Positions 1-10,128 of a stretch of DNA of 64,000 nt are shown in pieces (within the stretch, counting starts at the first letter, position 1; each line of letters opens with the position of its first letter). A program made the position numbers and the translations under genes. The notes beneath the pieces were generated by a model. That model was not told where the DNA came from and made no database searches. It saw only the letters and a list, made by a program, of their open reading frames with translations. This DNA is from Nitrospirota bacterium (GTDB taxonomy: Bacteria > Nitrospirota > UBA9217), in the NCBI GenBank assembly GCA_963818475.1, contig CAWFSF010000005.1, forward strand, positions 544,001 through 608,000, written 5' to 3'.

Positions 1-67
1 TTCTTTATGTATGTTATATTCTTTGCCGGCTATCGTAGCTGTCGGTAACGGGGATCAGTGTGAAAGA

Positions 68-268
68 ATGAAAGAGCAGGAGATCATCGAAGGCCTGAAG
101 ACCGTTTGTAAATGCAAGGGCATCAGGACGAGCGTGTTCCTCAAGCTTATCAATGGCGGCATAACAACGGTCGAAGGGTTGCAGAAGGCCACAGGTGCCG
201 GCACGGGCTCGTGCAAGGGAAAGCACTGTACGCTCCGAATTGAGGAATTGATCAGGTCAGTGAAATAA
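68..268 (+). CDS. BFD-like (2Fe-2S)-binding domain protein
   Basis: VCKCKGI...ATGAGTGSCKGKHC pattern typical of Fer2_BFD; ATG at 68. Confidence 0.8.
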   Translation: MKEQEIIEGLKTVCKCKGIRTSVFLKLINGGITTVEGLQKATGAGTGSCKGKHCTLRIEELIRSVK

Positions 269-392
269 CCGCAGAGTTAATTACAGAAAGAATATTTGCG
301 AGGGCGCGAAGAGCGCAAGGACGTCAAAAAGAGCAAGGCCATTATTTTAAGAACTTAAGGTGCCCTCGCGACCTTTGCGTCTTCGCGGTGAA
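267..392. repeat. Intergenic imperfect palindrome built from 9-mer units
   Basis: gggcgcgaagagcgcaagg ... cctcgcgacctttgcgtcttcgcggt arms between convergent genes. Confidence 0.55.
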
Positions 393-427
393 AATGTTTT
401 GGTTCCATCCGTCAGAGTTCAGCGAGT

Positions 428-1107
428 CTATCCCTGCTTCTGCGCCACATACACCACATGCCGCAAGCCCGCCTCTTCCCGGACGCTGCCGATCGATCGC
501 AAAGCCTGCTGCTGTTAACCGCTTCTCAAAAGCCTCATCGGGATTTTCTCCCCAGATCGCAAAAATACCGCCATCCGTAAGAGCTTCAGCCGTTGTCTTC
601 AAAGCCCGGCTCCCGTAAAAAGGATCGTTCCTTGCGTCCGTTTTCGCGTGGGGTCCTTCGTAGAGATCGATGATGATGGCGTCGAACTTCCGCGCCTTCG
701 GCTCCGCTGCCTGGCCGATCAGGTAGGCAACGTCGTCAACGATGATCGTCACCCGGGGATCATCGACTGACCTGCTCCGTGAGGCCTCCCAGCGGACCGC
801 GGCACCACCTGACCACGACCGGATTGAACTCGGCGACAACGACCTCTGCGTCCGCAGGCAGGGCATCAAGCACCGCTTTCAGTGTGAGCCCCATGCCCAG
901 GCCGCCGACGAGCACGCGCGGCTTCGGGCGCAGTGCCGCCTTTTTGGCGGCAAGCTCGCCGAGCACGATCTCGGAGCGGTTTGCCGTGCTGTTCATCAGC
1001 ACGCGGTTGTTGATCATGATCAGAAAGTCGCGCTCGCCCCGCTGGCGCAGTTCGAGAGGACCGTCCACGGTTTCGATCGTTTCTATTGTTTTCCACGGCT
1101 GCGCCAA
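428..1107 (-). CDS. Spermidine synthase-like SAM-dependent methyltransferase (split by indels)
   Basis: VLVGGLGMGLTL SAM motif; continues in another frame as FDAIIIDLYEGP...RPGRGG, then LRHVVYVA. Confidence 0.8.
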
Positions 1108-1554
1108 ACATCACCTCTTTGTCTGCTTGAACCGAAACTAAAATGTCAGCCGTATCCTCGGGGAACGACATGGCTGTTCCGACCTTGTTCACCTTCTTGC
1201 TGCCGAGCCCGAAGCGCGCGCGGACAACGAGAAGATATCTCGTTTTCGTCGGGAGCAACAGTGCGTCACCGGGACACTGGCTGACACTTTACAATATTTT
1301 TGAAAGAGACTCAAGGACAACCGGAGAGGGATGACAAGATATTCCGTTTCCGCTACATACCAGCTCCGGATTTTAACGTGGACGGTCCGAAGCACGCTTG
1401 AAGAACGCCGACGATGATCCTGACGTGTTTTGTATGCTGAAGCGGAGTGGAACGGTATTGCAATAAAGGGAGTAAGGCGAACTCTGATTCGATAGGTGGC
1501 GCACGCGGATCTGACGTCGCGTTGCGTAAATCGGCATTACCTGATTGAAGGACG

Positions 1555-1591
1555 TCTGACGGGAAAAGCTTATGGACTCTTCCCGTCAGAT
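1555..1591 (-). terminator. Hairpin downstream of the REC-DUF4388 gene
   Basis: tctgacgggaa...ttcccgtcaga inverted repeat. Confidence 0.5.
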
Positions 1592-1607
1592 CCGAACCGC
1601 ATGTCTT

Positions 1608-2810
1608 TTACATCCTGCATTCTTCAGCACAAGACTGAATAATAGAGCCAACCTTCATCTTTGCCATACCGATGCTTGCGTCCGTCGTCAGGAACAGAAC
1701 GAGATGAACGTGGGCTTTGCCCGGCTGTGATTTAAGGGGATCGGTCCCTTCATTGAGACACCTGACGATGATATGGGCATGCTCGGCCTCGACGTGCACC
1801 AGCTCACCCCTCCCCGTGCCCATTTCCAGGGATGCCTTCTGTGCGTTCATGAGAACGTTGTTTGCCAGAACGCCGACCATCTTCAGATTAGCCTTGCTGC
1901 CCGCCGCTTCATGGATTGCAAGGGCTTCTCCTGTCGGGGTAAAAAGCCCGACCCCGCCGAAACCATCGATTGCCGCAAACTCTTTTAATCTGTCCTGAAT
2001 AGCCATGATACTGATCTCCTCTGTCTTTGAATTTGTTGTTTCGCGCTTCGCCACATCAGGAGAAGAGCGTCCTCCTGCATCTTCGATTGTCTTTTTTTCC
2101 GTGCCTGCTATCTTTTCCGTCCTCCTTCCCTCAATCTCGCGTGCATGTTCGTCTTTTCTGAGAAAGCTTTCCATAAAGACATGATGCAGTGTGAAATTTA
2201 TTTTTTTCTCTTTTTTCTTGCACACATTATTGATTTCTATTTCTGCGTTTTTCCAGCATACGATCTCATATGCGGCGTCCGCACCGCTCAAATCCCCGAT
2301 TTCCGCATCAAGCAGAATACCCTTGCTGAAATAAAGGGTCCCCTGCTTCTCACTTTCCTTGATGAGAAGCGTGCACGTCTTTTTCTCCACCTCGATCAAT
2401 TGAAGAAACGATGCAAGGTTCATGTTGTTTATGTAGCCACGGGAGCTCGCGGAAAGGCCCTCATTTATCTTCCCCGCGAGAACTTTGAAATCGAGGGGTT
2501 TTTCAATATACGAAAGCGCTCCGAGCTTATCTATCCGGCTTTCGATATCAGGTGTTCCGAAAGCGGTCATGATGATCACTGGAAGATGGGGATGGCGACT
2601 GCCCATGTGCGCCAGCAGCTCAAACCCGTCGAGGACCGGCATCTTAAGGTCGGTCACAACAAGGTCAACCGGATTTTCCGAAAGGTAGGCAACAGCCCGT
2701 GCGCCGTTTGCGACGGTAGCGACGGTGAAATCGCCGGCGTATGCCTTCAGGCCGTCGGAAAGACTCATCAGAAATGATGTATCATCGTCAACTATTAGTA
2801 CGTTTTTCAC
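1608..2810 (-). CDS. Response regulator: REC + DUF4388 + C-terminal Roadblock/MglB-like domain
   Basis: VLIVDDD/DLKMP/KP receiver; LASFLQLIEVEKKTCTL...GTLYFSKG DUF4388 pattern; IDGFGGVGLFTPTGEAL roadblock-like tail. Confidence 0.75.
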   Translation of the reverse strand: MKNVLIVDDDTSFLMSLSDGLKAYAGDFTVATVANGARAVAYLSENPVDLVVTDLKMPVLDGFELLAHMGSRHPHLPVIIMTAFGTPDIESRIDKLGALSYIEKPLDFKVLAGKINEGLSASSRGYINNMNLASFLQLIEVEKKTCTLLIKESEKQGTLYFSKGILLDAEIGDLSGADAAYEIVCWKNAEIEINNVCKKKEKKINFTLHHVFMESFLRKDEHAREIEGRRTEKIAGTEKKTIEDAGGRSSPDVAKRETTNSKTEEISIMAIQDRLKEFAAIDGFGGVGLFTPTGEALAIHEAAGSKANLKMVGVLANNVLMNAQKASLEMGTGRGELVHVEAEHAHIIVRCLNEGTDPLKSQPGKAHVHLVLFLTTDASIGMAKMKVGSIIQSCAEECRM

Positions 2811-2864
2811 AATGGCTTCCTTATCCGTTAGTTAATGACCAACACTGTTGTGACCATACCTTAT

Positions 2865-2880
2865 TGCATTAACCATGCCT
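2865..2880 (-). promoter_or_regulatory. Putative sigma-54 promoter
   Basis: AGGCATGGTTAATGCA on the minus strand (GG-N10-GC), directly downstream of an NtrC-type activator gene. Confidence 0.55.
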
Positions 2881-3031
2881 AATAAGGCTCTATGCATTTT
2901 CGTTGAGATTCAAGGGGGTTTAAGGAGAATTGCCGGATTTACGGGAAGTTGACCTATTATAGATAACCTGTTTTAGGCTACCCACCTATTATCGGTTAGT
3001 AAAAGGGGCGGTGCTTGCTGTATGAAGGCGG

Positions 3032-4405
3032 TTAACTGATCCCGAATTCCAGCATTTTTCTTTTCAGTGTCGAGAGAGAAACACCCAATGTCCTGGCAGT
3101 CTTGCTGTAATTTCTCGAAAGCCTGGCCAAGGCGTGCAGCAGGTACCTTTTTTCAATCTCTCGAAACGTGGTCAGCTCCTCTTCATTGCTGAAAGGCGGC
3201 GCGATGTTCTTTTGTATCGGTGGGGATGACGCGGGGCGGGAAGGGTCCCCCAGAAGCGCGGAAGGTTTGATCGAGGTCCCCGTGCGGAGAATAAGCGTCC
3301 TTTCTATGATATTTTTCAGCTCTCTTACATTGCCCGGCCAATCATACTCAAGCAATGCGGCGATCTCGGAGTCGGGGAGCGTAATATCGTTGCCTCCGCC
3401 GAGCTTTTCTATCAAATGATTGCAGAGTTCGGGCAGGTCTTCCTTTCTCTCCCGCAGCGGCGGGATATGGATCCGTATCACACTCAGACGGTAATAAAGG
3501 TCTTCCCGGAACCTCTTCTCCCGTATCGCCCGATGCAAGTCTATATTCGTAGCAGCAATGACGCGGACGTCCACAGACCTCGAAGTTTCCCCGCCGATTC
3601 GTTTAATTACCTTTTCATCCAGTACGTTCAGAAGCTTCGATTGCAGGTGCGGCGGGATCTCGCCGATTTCGTCGAGCAATATGGTGCCGCCCTCAGCCAT
3701 TTCAAAGACGCCTTTTTTGGCGCTGGTCGCTCCGGTAAATGCTCCCTTTTCATACCCGAAGAGTTCGGCCTCAATGAGGCTTTCCGGAAGCGAAGCACAG
3801 TTCAGGCTGACGAAGGTTTTTCCCGAAACCGCGCTGCGATAGTGCAGCGCTTTCGCGACAATATTTTTTCCCGTGCCCGTTTCGCCCGTTATGAGCACCG
3901 GTGCATCGGACGACGCGGAAAGATCTATCAACTTGTCGATTTCCCTGAAGACGGCCGACGCGCCGATCAGCGCTACATCATTGCTTTCCCGGCTTTCCCG
4001 GTACTGTTGAAGCTGCTCCACCCTTTCCAGGTCCGACGTTCTCAGGGCGCGTTCGATGGTGAGCTTTAGTTCTTTGAGGTCAAACGGCTTTGAAAGGTAA
4101 TCATGGGCGCCTTCCTTGATGGCCTTCAGCGCGTTATCAAAACTGGGAAACGCGGTCATAAATATTATCTTTGTCTGTTCGTTGAAATTGAGAATAGAAG
4201 CGCAGAGGTCATATCCCGAGGCATCCGGCAGCCGCTGGTCGAGCAATACGACATCCACCTTCCTGGCGGAACACAGTTCCAGAGCATGTGCACCGTTATG
4301 CACAGACACGACCGAAAGCGCGCCTTCGGTCAAATAGTCGGTGAGGCTGTCGCAGAGAGATTCATCGTCATCCACAATGACGAGCGTTTTTTTCGTCTTA
4401 GGCAT
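3032..4405 (-). CDS. Sigma-54-dependent response regulator (REC-AAA+-Fis HTH)
   Basis: [29 protein letters not shown]-terminal HTH. Confidence 0.95.
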   Translation of the reverse strand: MPKTKKTLVIVDDDESLCDSLTDYLTEGALSVVSVHNGAHALELCSARKVDVVLLDQRLPDASGYDLCASILNFNEQTKIIFMTAFPSFDNALKAIKEGAHDYLSKPFDLKELKLTIERALRTSDLERVEQLQQYRESRESNDVALIGASAVFREIDKLIDLSASSDAPVLITGETGTGKNIVAKALHYRSAVSGKTFVSLNCASLPESLIEAELFGYEKGAFTGATSAKKGVFEMAEGGTILLDEIGEIPPHLQSKLLNVLDEKVIKRIGGETSRSVDVRVIAATNIDLHRAIREKRFREDLYYRLSVIRIHIPPLRERKEDLPELCNHLIEKLGGGNDITLPDSEIAALLEYDWPGNVRELKNIIERTLILRTGTSIKPSALLGDPSRPASSPPIQKNIAPPFSNEEELTTFREIEKRYLLHALARLSRNYSKTARTLGVSLSTLKRKMLEFGIS

Positions 4406-5474
4406 GACGGTCGCCTTCCGGAAGGGTGATACGCACTATCGATCCTATATTTTCAGTGCTGTTTATTTCTATCACACCTCCCATTTCCGCAAGCATTTTT
4501 CGTGAAATGACGAGGCCGAGTCCGGTACCCTGTGGCTTCGAGGTAATAAAGGGTTTGAACAGGTCCTTCTGCTGTTCATCGGGGATCCCGCAACCATTGT
4601 CCTGGATTGCGATCTGAACAGTATGCGCAGCGTTGTAAATTGAAAAATGAATGTGAGGATCGTCACGTCGCTCCAGTGCATCAGCGGAATTCGTCATGAT
4701 ATTCAGAAGCACCTGCTGAAGCGCCCTGGGGTCTCCCCGGACCCATCCCGCCCCGGAACAATGTTCACACTTCACTTCAATGCCGTTTCCCTTGAAATCA
4801 TCCTTAAGCAGTGAAAGAAACTTTTCCATGAATGCGGACAAGTCGAAATCTACGATCTTCTGGGTCTCATAGATGTTGAAATTTTTCAGGGTTTGCAGCA
4901 GGTATTCGACGCGTCCGATATCATTCAGCGTGCGGTCAACATACTTAAGGATGGTATCACGTGGATAATTGTCAATATTATCTTTGAGAACGCTTAATGC
5001 CACTTTCATCGAATTGATGGGGTTCCCGATCTCATGCCTGACGCCGGAAAAAATATAGCCGATATTGGTTGAGGAATTGACCGCCTCGGCAATGGATTGG
5101 AGCCGCATCTTTTCCGTAATGTCCCGGACGAATATCCAGACAAATTTCTCCGCCGCATGATAGACGGTGAACCCCAACATCCTCCCATTGAGGTGAATAT
5201 GGTCCGAGGCGTTCGGATAATTCGCGACTTCACTGCTTTCCTTGGGGAGCAGCAAAGCGCAGAACGTATCGTAATCAGCCGGCACGATGCTCCCGTTGAA
5301 AAGGTCGGAAAACAACTTATTTTTAAAAACAATGGTCTTGTTTTCGGTATTGAAAACGGTGATTCCGACATTGATCGTTTCCATAATATCGGAATAAATG
5401 CACATACCGGGACAGGCTGATTTACTGATGGGACATATGGGGTCCGGCTGACCCGCATGTCTACACTCGCTCAT
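4398..5474 (-). CDS. Cytoplasmic sensor histidine kinase with Cys-rich N-terminus and PAS-like region
   Basis: RHEIGNP H-box, DNGCGI, GTGLGL; overlaps the regulator start; no TM segment. Confidence 0.9.
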   Translation of the reverse strand: MSECRHAGQPDPICPISKSACPGMCIYSDIMETINVGITVFNTENKTIVFKNKLFSDLFNGSIVPADYDTFCALLLPKESSEVANYPNASDHIHLNGRMLGFTVYHAAEKFVWIFVRDITEKMRLQSIAEAVNSSTNIGYIFSGVRHEIGNPINSMKVALSVLKDNIDNYPRDTILKYVDRTLNDIGRVEYLLQTLKNFNIYETQKIVDFDLSAFMEKFLSLLKDDFKGNGIEVKCEHCSGAGWVRGDPRALQQVLLNIMTNSADALERRDDPHIHFSIYNAAHTVQIAIQDNGCGIPDEQQKDLFKPFITSKPQGTGLGLVISRKMLAEMGGVIEINSTENIGSIVRITLPEGDRHA

Positions 5475-5660
5475 AATTTTTAATCCTGGAAATCAACTGC
5501 ATTCCCTTCCTGATGAAATTTTCATGCATCATTGTTCTGCGAGGAACGCTCGGCTGTCTCTCTTTGAGCGATATGGCAAAGACGACTCCGGATACGTGAC
5601 TATGAGCACTGTTTATGCGTCCACTGCGCCGGGTTCCTGCGACGGACCTCGAATGGATAA

Positions 5661-5843
5661 CTAGCTTGCATACTCCCAGGAGGGACAAGCTGAGCCATCT
5701 TTCGAGTGCACCGGCTTACCGAAGTTTTTGCACCAGAAATTCGCCCCATAGCTTGCAGCATCCTTGCCTTCTGCGTCCTTTTCCGATGTGTGCTTGCATG
5801 CGGAGCAACCGTTCATTTCCTGAAATTTAGTGATCCCAGCCAT
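5661..5843 (-). CDS. Small 4-Cys protein (60 aa)
   Basis: Strong SD GGGGGAGG before the ATG; CSAC...WC...CPSW. Confidence 0.65.
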   Translation of the reverse strand: MAGITKFQEMNGCSACKHTSEKDAEGKDAASYGANFWCKNFGKPVHSKDGSACPSWEYAS

Positions 5844-6197
5844 AATTACCTCCCCCTCTCGGTATAACCTTCAGTTTATTTTACATCTGATAAAAAAGTA
5901 TAATCATTGCATTATTTAGCAATATTTATACCATCGCCTTATTTTTATAACTATCTGAAATAGAATGGTTAATTATTAGTCTAACAGAAAACTGTACGGA
6001 AACACTACCAAATCAATAAATCGATAGCCATAATTTGGCATGACGTGTACCCTGGAACCCAAGGTACGTAAGAGAACGGCGAACGACAACGTTGAGTTCT
6101 CTCCGCTCTCGTCACGTGCCCTGCCATACCCGCACTGATCAGGTAGTACGATACGCTGTTCCTGCGTCTGACGAAAACCACTCATGTTCCTCTCTCC

Positions 6198-6226
6198 TTG
6201 ACAGCGCTCCTGCCTCATGTTACCTT
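6198..6226 (+). promoter_or_regulatory. Sigma-70 promoter, leaderless geometry
   Basis: TTGACA-17-TACCTT with TG extension, 6 nt before ATG 6233. Confidence 0.6.
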
Positions 6227-6232
6227 GACCGC

Positions 6233-7118
6233 ATGGCACCGGTCCTGGAAGCACAACATATTGTCAAAACCTATCCCGGCCTGACTGCGGTGGACGACGT
6301 GAGCCTCGCTATCGGGCAGGGCGTCTGCTTCGGCCTGCTCGGCCCCAACGGCGCGGGAAAGACCACGCTCATCGAGATCATGGAAGGGATCAAGCCCTTT
6401 GACTCCGGCACGACCCTGTACAAGGGCGCACCGGTGGACGCCCATTTCAGAAAAGAGGCAGGCATTCAGTTTCAGGCCACGTCGCTCCAGGAGTTTTTGA
6501 CCGTGCGCGAGACTCTGCGGCTCTTTCGGCACCTCTACCCGAGGACCATGGACCTGGACGAGGTCATCAAACTCTGCAGCCTCGAAGAGTTCCTCGACCG
6601 CGACACGCGCAAGCTCTCGGGCGGCCAGCGCCAGCGGCTGCTCATGGCGCTGGCGATCATCAACGACCCCGAGGTGCTCTTCCTGGACGAGCCCACGACC
6701 GGGCTGGACCCGCAGTCGCGCCGCAATTTCTGGGACCTTATCAACCTGGTCAAGTCGCGGAACAAAACGATCGTGCTGACCACGCACTATATGGACGAGG
6801 CCTACACGCTCTGCGACGAGATCGCGATCATGGACCACGGCAGGCTCATCGCCCGGGGCACACCGGCGCAGCTGCTGAAGGATCACTTCGGCAATGTGGT
6901 GCTGCAGTTCCCGGAAGAGTGATGTCGCCGGCAAGCTGGAGGGGTCGGGGCTTTGTGCTGCTCAGCAGGCGGGATGGTGCGAGATCCAGACCCATGATGT
7001 GGACCAGACGATTAAAACGCTGCTTACGCACGGCGTATCGCTCAAACACATGAACATTCGCTCCTGGAGCCTGGAGGACCTGTTCATTGCGCTCACGGGA
7101 AAAGGACTGAGAAGCTGA
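6233..7118 (+). CDS. ABC-2 transporter ATP-binding subunit (indel near 6915)
   Basis: GPNGAGKT, LSGGQRQR, LDEPTTG; C-terminal SLEDLFIALTG in the next frame. Confidence 0.9.
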
Positions 7119-7131
7119 TAGGAAGAGCACT

Positions 7132-7270
7132 TCTTTGACACGGATCAAATCGGATAAGAACCGGATAACATCGGATTTTTTTAAGACGTGCAGTTACCCC
7201 AGTGGTAAGGGCATCGCTTAGGATGTATCCGCCGTTATCAGCCGTAAATCCGCTTCTTCCGTGTCTAAAT
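7132..7270. repeat. About 140 bp palindromic intergenic element (9-mer family)
   Basis: gacacggat...cggataa...ttaccccagtggtaa...atccgc...ccgtgtc; similar to the copies at 19975 and 23993. Confidence 0.75.
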
Positions 7271-7321
7271 ACTTTTTAAGGTTGATGTTTTTTAATTCAA
7301 ATCTTCGTTTGGATATAAATC

Positions 7322-8329
7322 ATGAAAAGATTTTTCGCCATCCTGCACGCCAGGAACATGGAGTTCATCCGCGACCGCTCATCCCTGGGCTGGAATATCC
7401 TGTTCCCGCTCCTGCTCGTGGCAGGCTTCGCCTTTGTGTTCTCCGGCGAGCCCCGGGACCTCTACAAGGTCGGCGTGTTGGGGAACACTGCGCAGCTTAC
7501 GGGTGCGGAAGCCGAATTTTTCAAGACGAAATACATCCAGTTCATCCCTATCGACGACCTGGCAAAAGGCATCGACAAGGTGGACCACTTCCAGCTTGAC
7601 CTGCTCGTCAACCTGAGCGACGACCGCCAGTACTGGGTCAATGCGAACTCGCCGAACGGGTATATCCTCGAACGCCTGCTGAAGGCTGAAGGACGGACCA
7701 CCTACCGCAAAGAGGTCGTCACCGGTAAAGAGATCCGCTATGTGGACTGGGTCGTGCCGGGCATCCTGGCAATGAACATGATGTTCAGCTGCCTCTTCGG
7801 CGTGGGGTACGTGATCGTCCGGTACCGGAAGAACGGATTTCTCAAACGGCTCAAGGCAACGCCGCTCAGGCCCTTCGAGTTCCTGCTTGCGCAAATGACC
7901 TCCCGCCTGCTGCTGATCCAGACCATCACCGTGCTCGTCTATGCCGGCTGCAACTACTTCATCCACTTCCAGATGCGCGGCTCCTATGCCACCCTGTTCC
8001 TGATCTCGCTGCTTGGTTCGGTCTGCCTGATCTCGCTCGGCCTGCTCGTGGCTGCCCGGCTGTCGAGCGAAGAGCTGGCCGGCGGCATCCTGAATCTTCT
8101 CACCTGGCCTATGATGCTGTTGTCAGGCGTGTGGTTCTCGCTGGAAGGCACGAATCCTGTCGTGCGGAAGATCGCTCAGTTCCTTCCGCTCACACACCTG
8201 GTGGACGGCGCGCGGGCCGTCATGACCGAGGGCGCAAGCTTCGCACAGATCCTTCCGCAACTTTCCATCCTGCTCGTCATGAGCGCTGTTTTTCTACTCG
8301 TCGGGTCTTTGATCTTCAGGTGGGAATGA
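7322..8329 (+). CDS. ABC-2 transporter permease
   Basis: N-terminal TM plus C-terminal TM bundle; YVDWVVPGILAM, GFLKRLKATPL, LPLTHLVDGAR. Confidence 0.92.
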   Translation: MKRFFAILHARNMEFIRDRSSLGWNILFPLLLVAGFAFVFSGEPRDLYKVGVLGNTAQLTGAEAEFFKTKYIQFIPIDDLAKGIDKVDHFQLDLLVNLSDDRQYWVNANSPNGYILERLLKAEGRTTYRKEVVTGKEIRYVDWVVPGILAMNMMFSCLFGVGYVIVRYRKNGFLKRLKATPLRPFEFLLAQMTSRLLLIQTITVLVYAGCNYFIHFQMRGSYATLFLISLLGSVCLISLGLLVAARLSSEELAGGILNLLTWPMMLLSGVWFSLEGTNPVVRKIAQFLPLTHLVDGARAVMTEGASFAQILPQLSILLVMSAVFLLVGSLIFRWE

Positions 8330-8440
8330 AACGGCCGAACAACACCTCGGCACTGCCGAAGGTGTTGCCCGGCCTTGGGGGGGGCTTTGTTGGATCTGAC
8401 GGCATGGTATCGTCAGCAGTTCGCCTCGCTTCTGGCTTCT

Positions 8441-9359
8441 CTAGCGATAGGCATACTCCCGCTCCAGCACCACGTCGACAGCGGGCGTTCCAATCGACAT
8501 CGGGATATCGCTGAACTGCTCGCGGCTGACCTCGTTGCCTGACCGGTCGCGGTATACGATATCGTCAGTGTCAAGATCGTATTCCGGGATGTTCGGGTCC
8601 TGCCATCGCGCCTGGAAGTACCGATACATGGGCATATAGAGCCCGCCGTGGTTCTGCTCGTTCTTGAACGCAAATTCCGGCATGGAGCGGACATTCAATC
8701 CCGTGTGATAGTGGCGAAGGAAGGCGTGATCTCCCAGGATCGCCAGTTTCAGGAGCGGCATATCGGGATAGAGCTTCAGCGTGACGTCCTTCTGGGCCTT
8801 CCGGAGCCCTTTAAGATAATCGATGCTGCGGATAAGCTGCTCCCGCATCACTTCCAGGGTGATCTCCGGGTCCGGGATGCTTCTGGCCCGCATCAGAACC
8901 CCTTCCTTAAGCGGGTCGAGCAGCATGATCTTCGCTTCCCGGGCATTGCACAGCGCCTCATGCAACTCTCCCTCAGGCTCAACAAAGGACCGGTAGCCCG
9001 TCGAACCGATGATCATGACCTCCCGTGCAAATCCCAAATCACTTTTCATTTTTCTGTTCCTCCTTTGAGTAAACATCCCTTTTGCCGGAGCTGCCGGCAC
9101 CATGCCGGCGCTTTTCGCCATCCGCAGGAGCTTCCGGTTCTTCAGGCTGCGTCCTATCATATTGAAAAATCACGATCAGCGCCACTGCCATGCTTATTTC
9201 CAGCGTGACCAGAAAGACCTTTTCGTCCTCGATAACCGCCCAGTACCGCAGCAAGCGCCCTGCCAGCGAACTGGCCAGATACGGCACACTGAGCACAAGT
9301 GCAGCGCTCAAAAGTACTACCATGACATGATACAATATGTGTGCAATATTTTTGATCAC
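8441..9359 (-). CDS. Membrane-anchored hypothetical protein with DUF5919-like cytoplasmic domain (split by indel)
   Basis: ORF 9039-9359 (2 TM) joins ORF 8441-9160 (LKLYPDMPLLKLAILGD...YFQARW). Confidence 0.6.
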
Positions 9360-9407
9360 GTCGCCCCTCTCGTTGTTGTAGTGTTTTTTTCATCGAGGCT
9401 CCCTTCA

Positions 9408-9764
9408 TCACGACAGCACGATCAACACCGTCATCAGAGAAAAAGCGATATCAGCTCCGGCGCCCGAGTCCTCGGAGACCCGGTCGCTCAATGAGGACAG
9501 GAGCCGCAGTCTGCTCCCTTTCATGGTGCTCAGCGTATCAACCGCCTTGTCCAGGACCGTTCTATCCATGGTCCGGTCCTCCAGCACCGACAATATCTTC
9601 ATCTTCTTCTCAGCGTTGCTGCTGCCAATGCCCGCAGACCGGGAGACAACTGCGCCTGCAGGCGCAACTGCAGGTGAAGCTGAAGCGTTCCCGACGATGA
9701 TAAATAAGCACAGGAGCACCGCCAGTAAAAGCAGCGCTATCATAAGATTTCTTTGTATGACCAT
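9408..9764 (-). CDS. Exported or membrane hypothetical protein
   Basis: SD GAGGGAGG, signal peptide, hydrophobic C-terminus; first gene after the sigma-54 promoter. Confidence 0.7.
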   Translation of the reverse strand: MVIQRNLMIALLLLAVLLCLFIIVGNASASPAVAPAGAVVSRSAGIGSSNAEKKMKILSVLEDRTMDRTVLDKAVDTLSTMKGSRLRLLSSLSDRVSEDSGAGADIAFSLMTVLIVLS

Positions 9765-9854
9765 GAATTCCTCCCTCTTCGCACGATTTCTTCGATCAGA
9801 ACGTAATACTCGAAACTGCCCTTCTGCGATTCCAGAGTTTACTGCGTGTTATAT

Positions 9855-9870
9855 AGCAAGCACAGTGCCA
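9855..9870 (-). promoter_or_regulatory. Sigma-54 -24/-12 promoter
   Basis: TGGCAC-TGTGC-TTGCT, a consensus match. Confidence 0.85.
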
Positions 9871-9958
9871 CAATTGATTTTCGGGATTCAAGTAGCTGTT
9901 TATTAATGCTTATTAAGACGAAGCACGCAGGATCTGAATGGAGATGGAAAACAGAAAG

Positions 9959-10057
9959 TGTATGGATTTTCCTGCATCAACAGCGTACATCACGGGCAGG
10001 AAAGCAGGAAAGTCGTTGAGAGTAGACACCTTATAGCGTTGTATGGTTTTACCTGCA
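9959..10057. promoter_or_regulatory. Two putative enhancer (UAS) sites
   Basis: TGTATGGATTTTCCTGCA (9959) and TGTATGGTTTTACCTGCA (10040), both TGTA-N10-TGCA. Confidence 0.6.
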
Positions 10058-10128
10058 GGCAGGAGAGGACGGGCTGATCTTCAGCTTTGCATCGGTCTGA
10101 CAAGCGGTCCCTGGACCACAGGAGCTGC

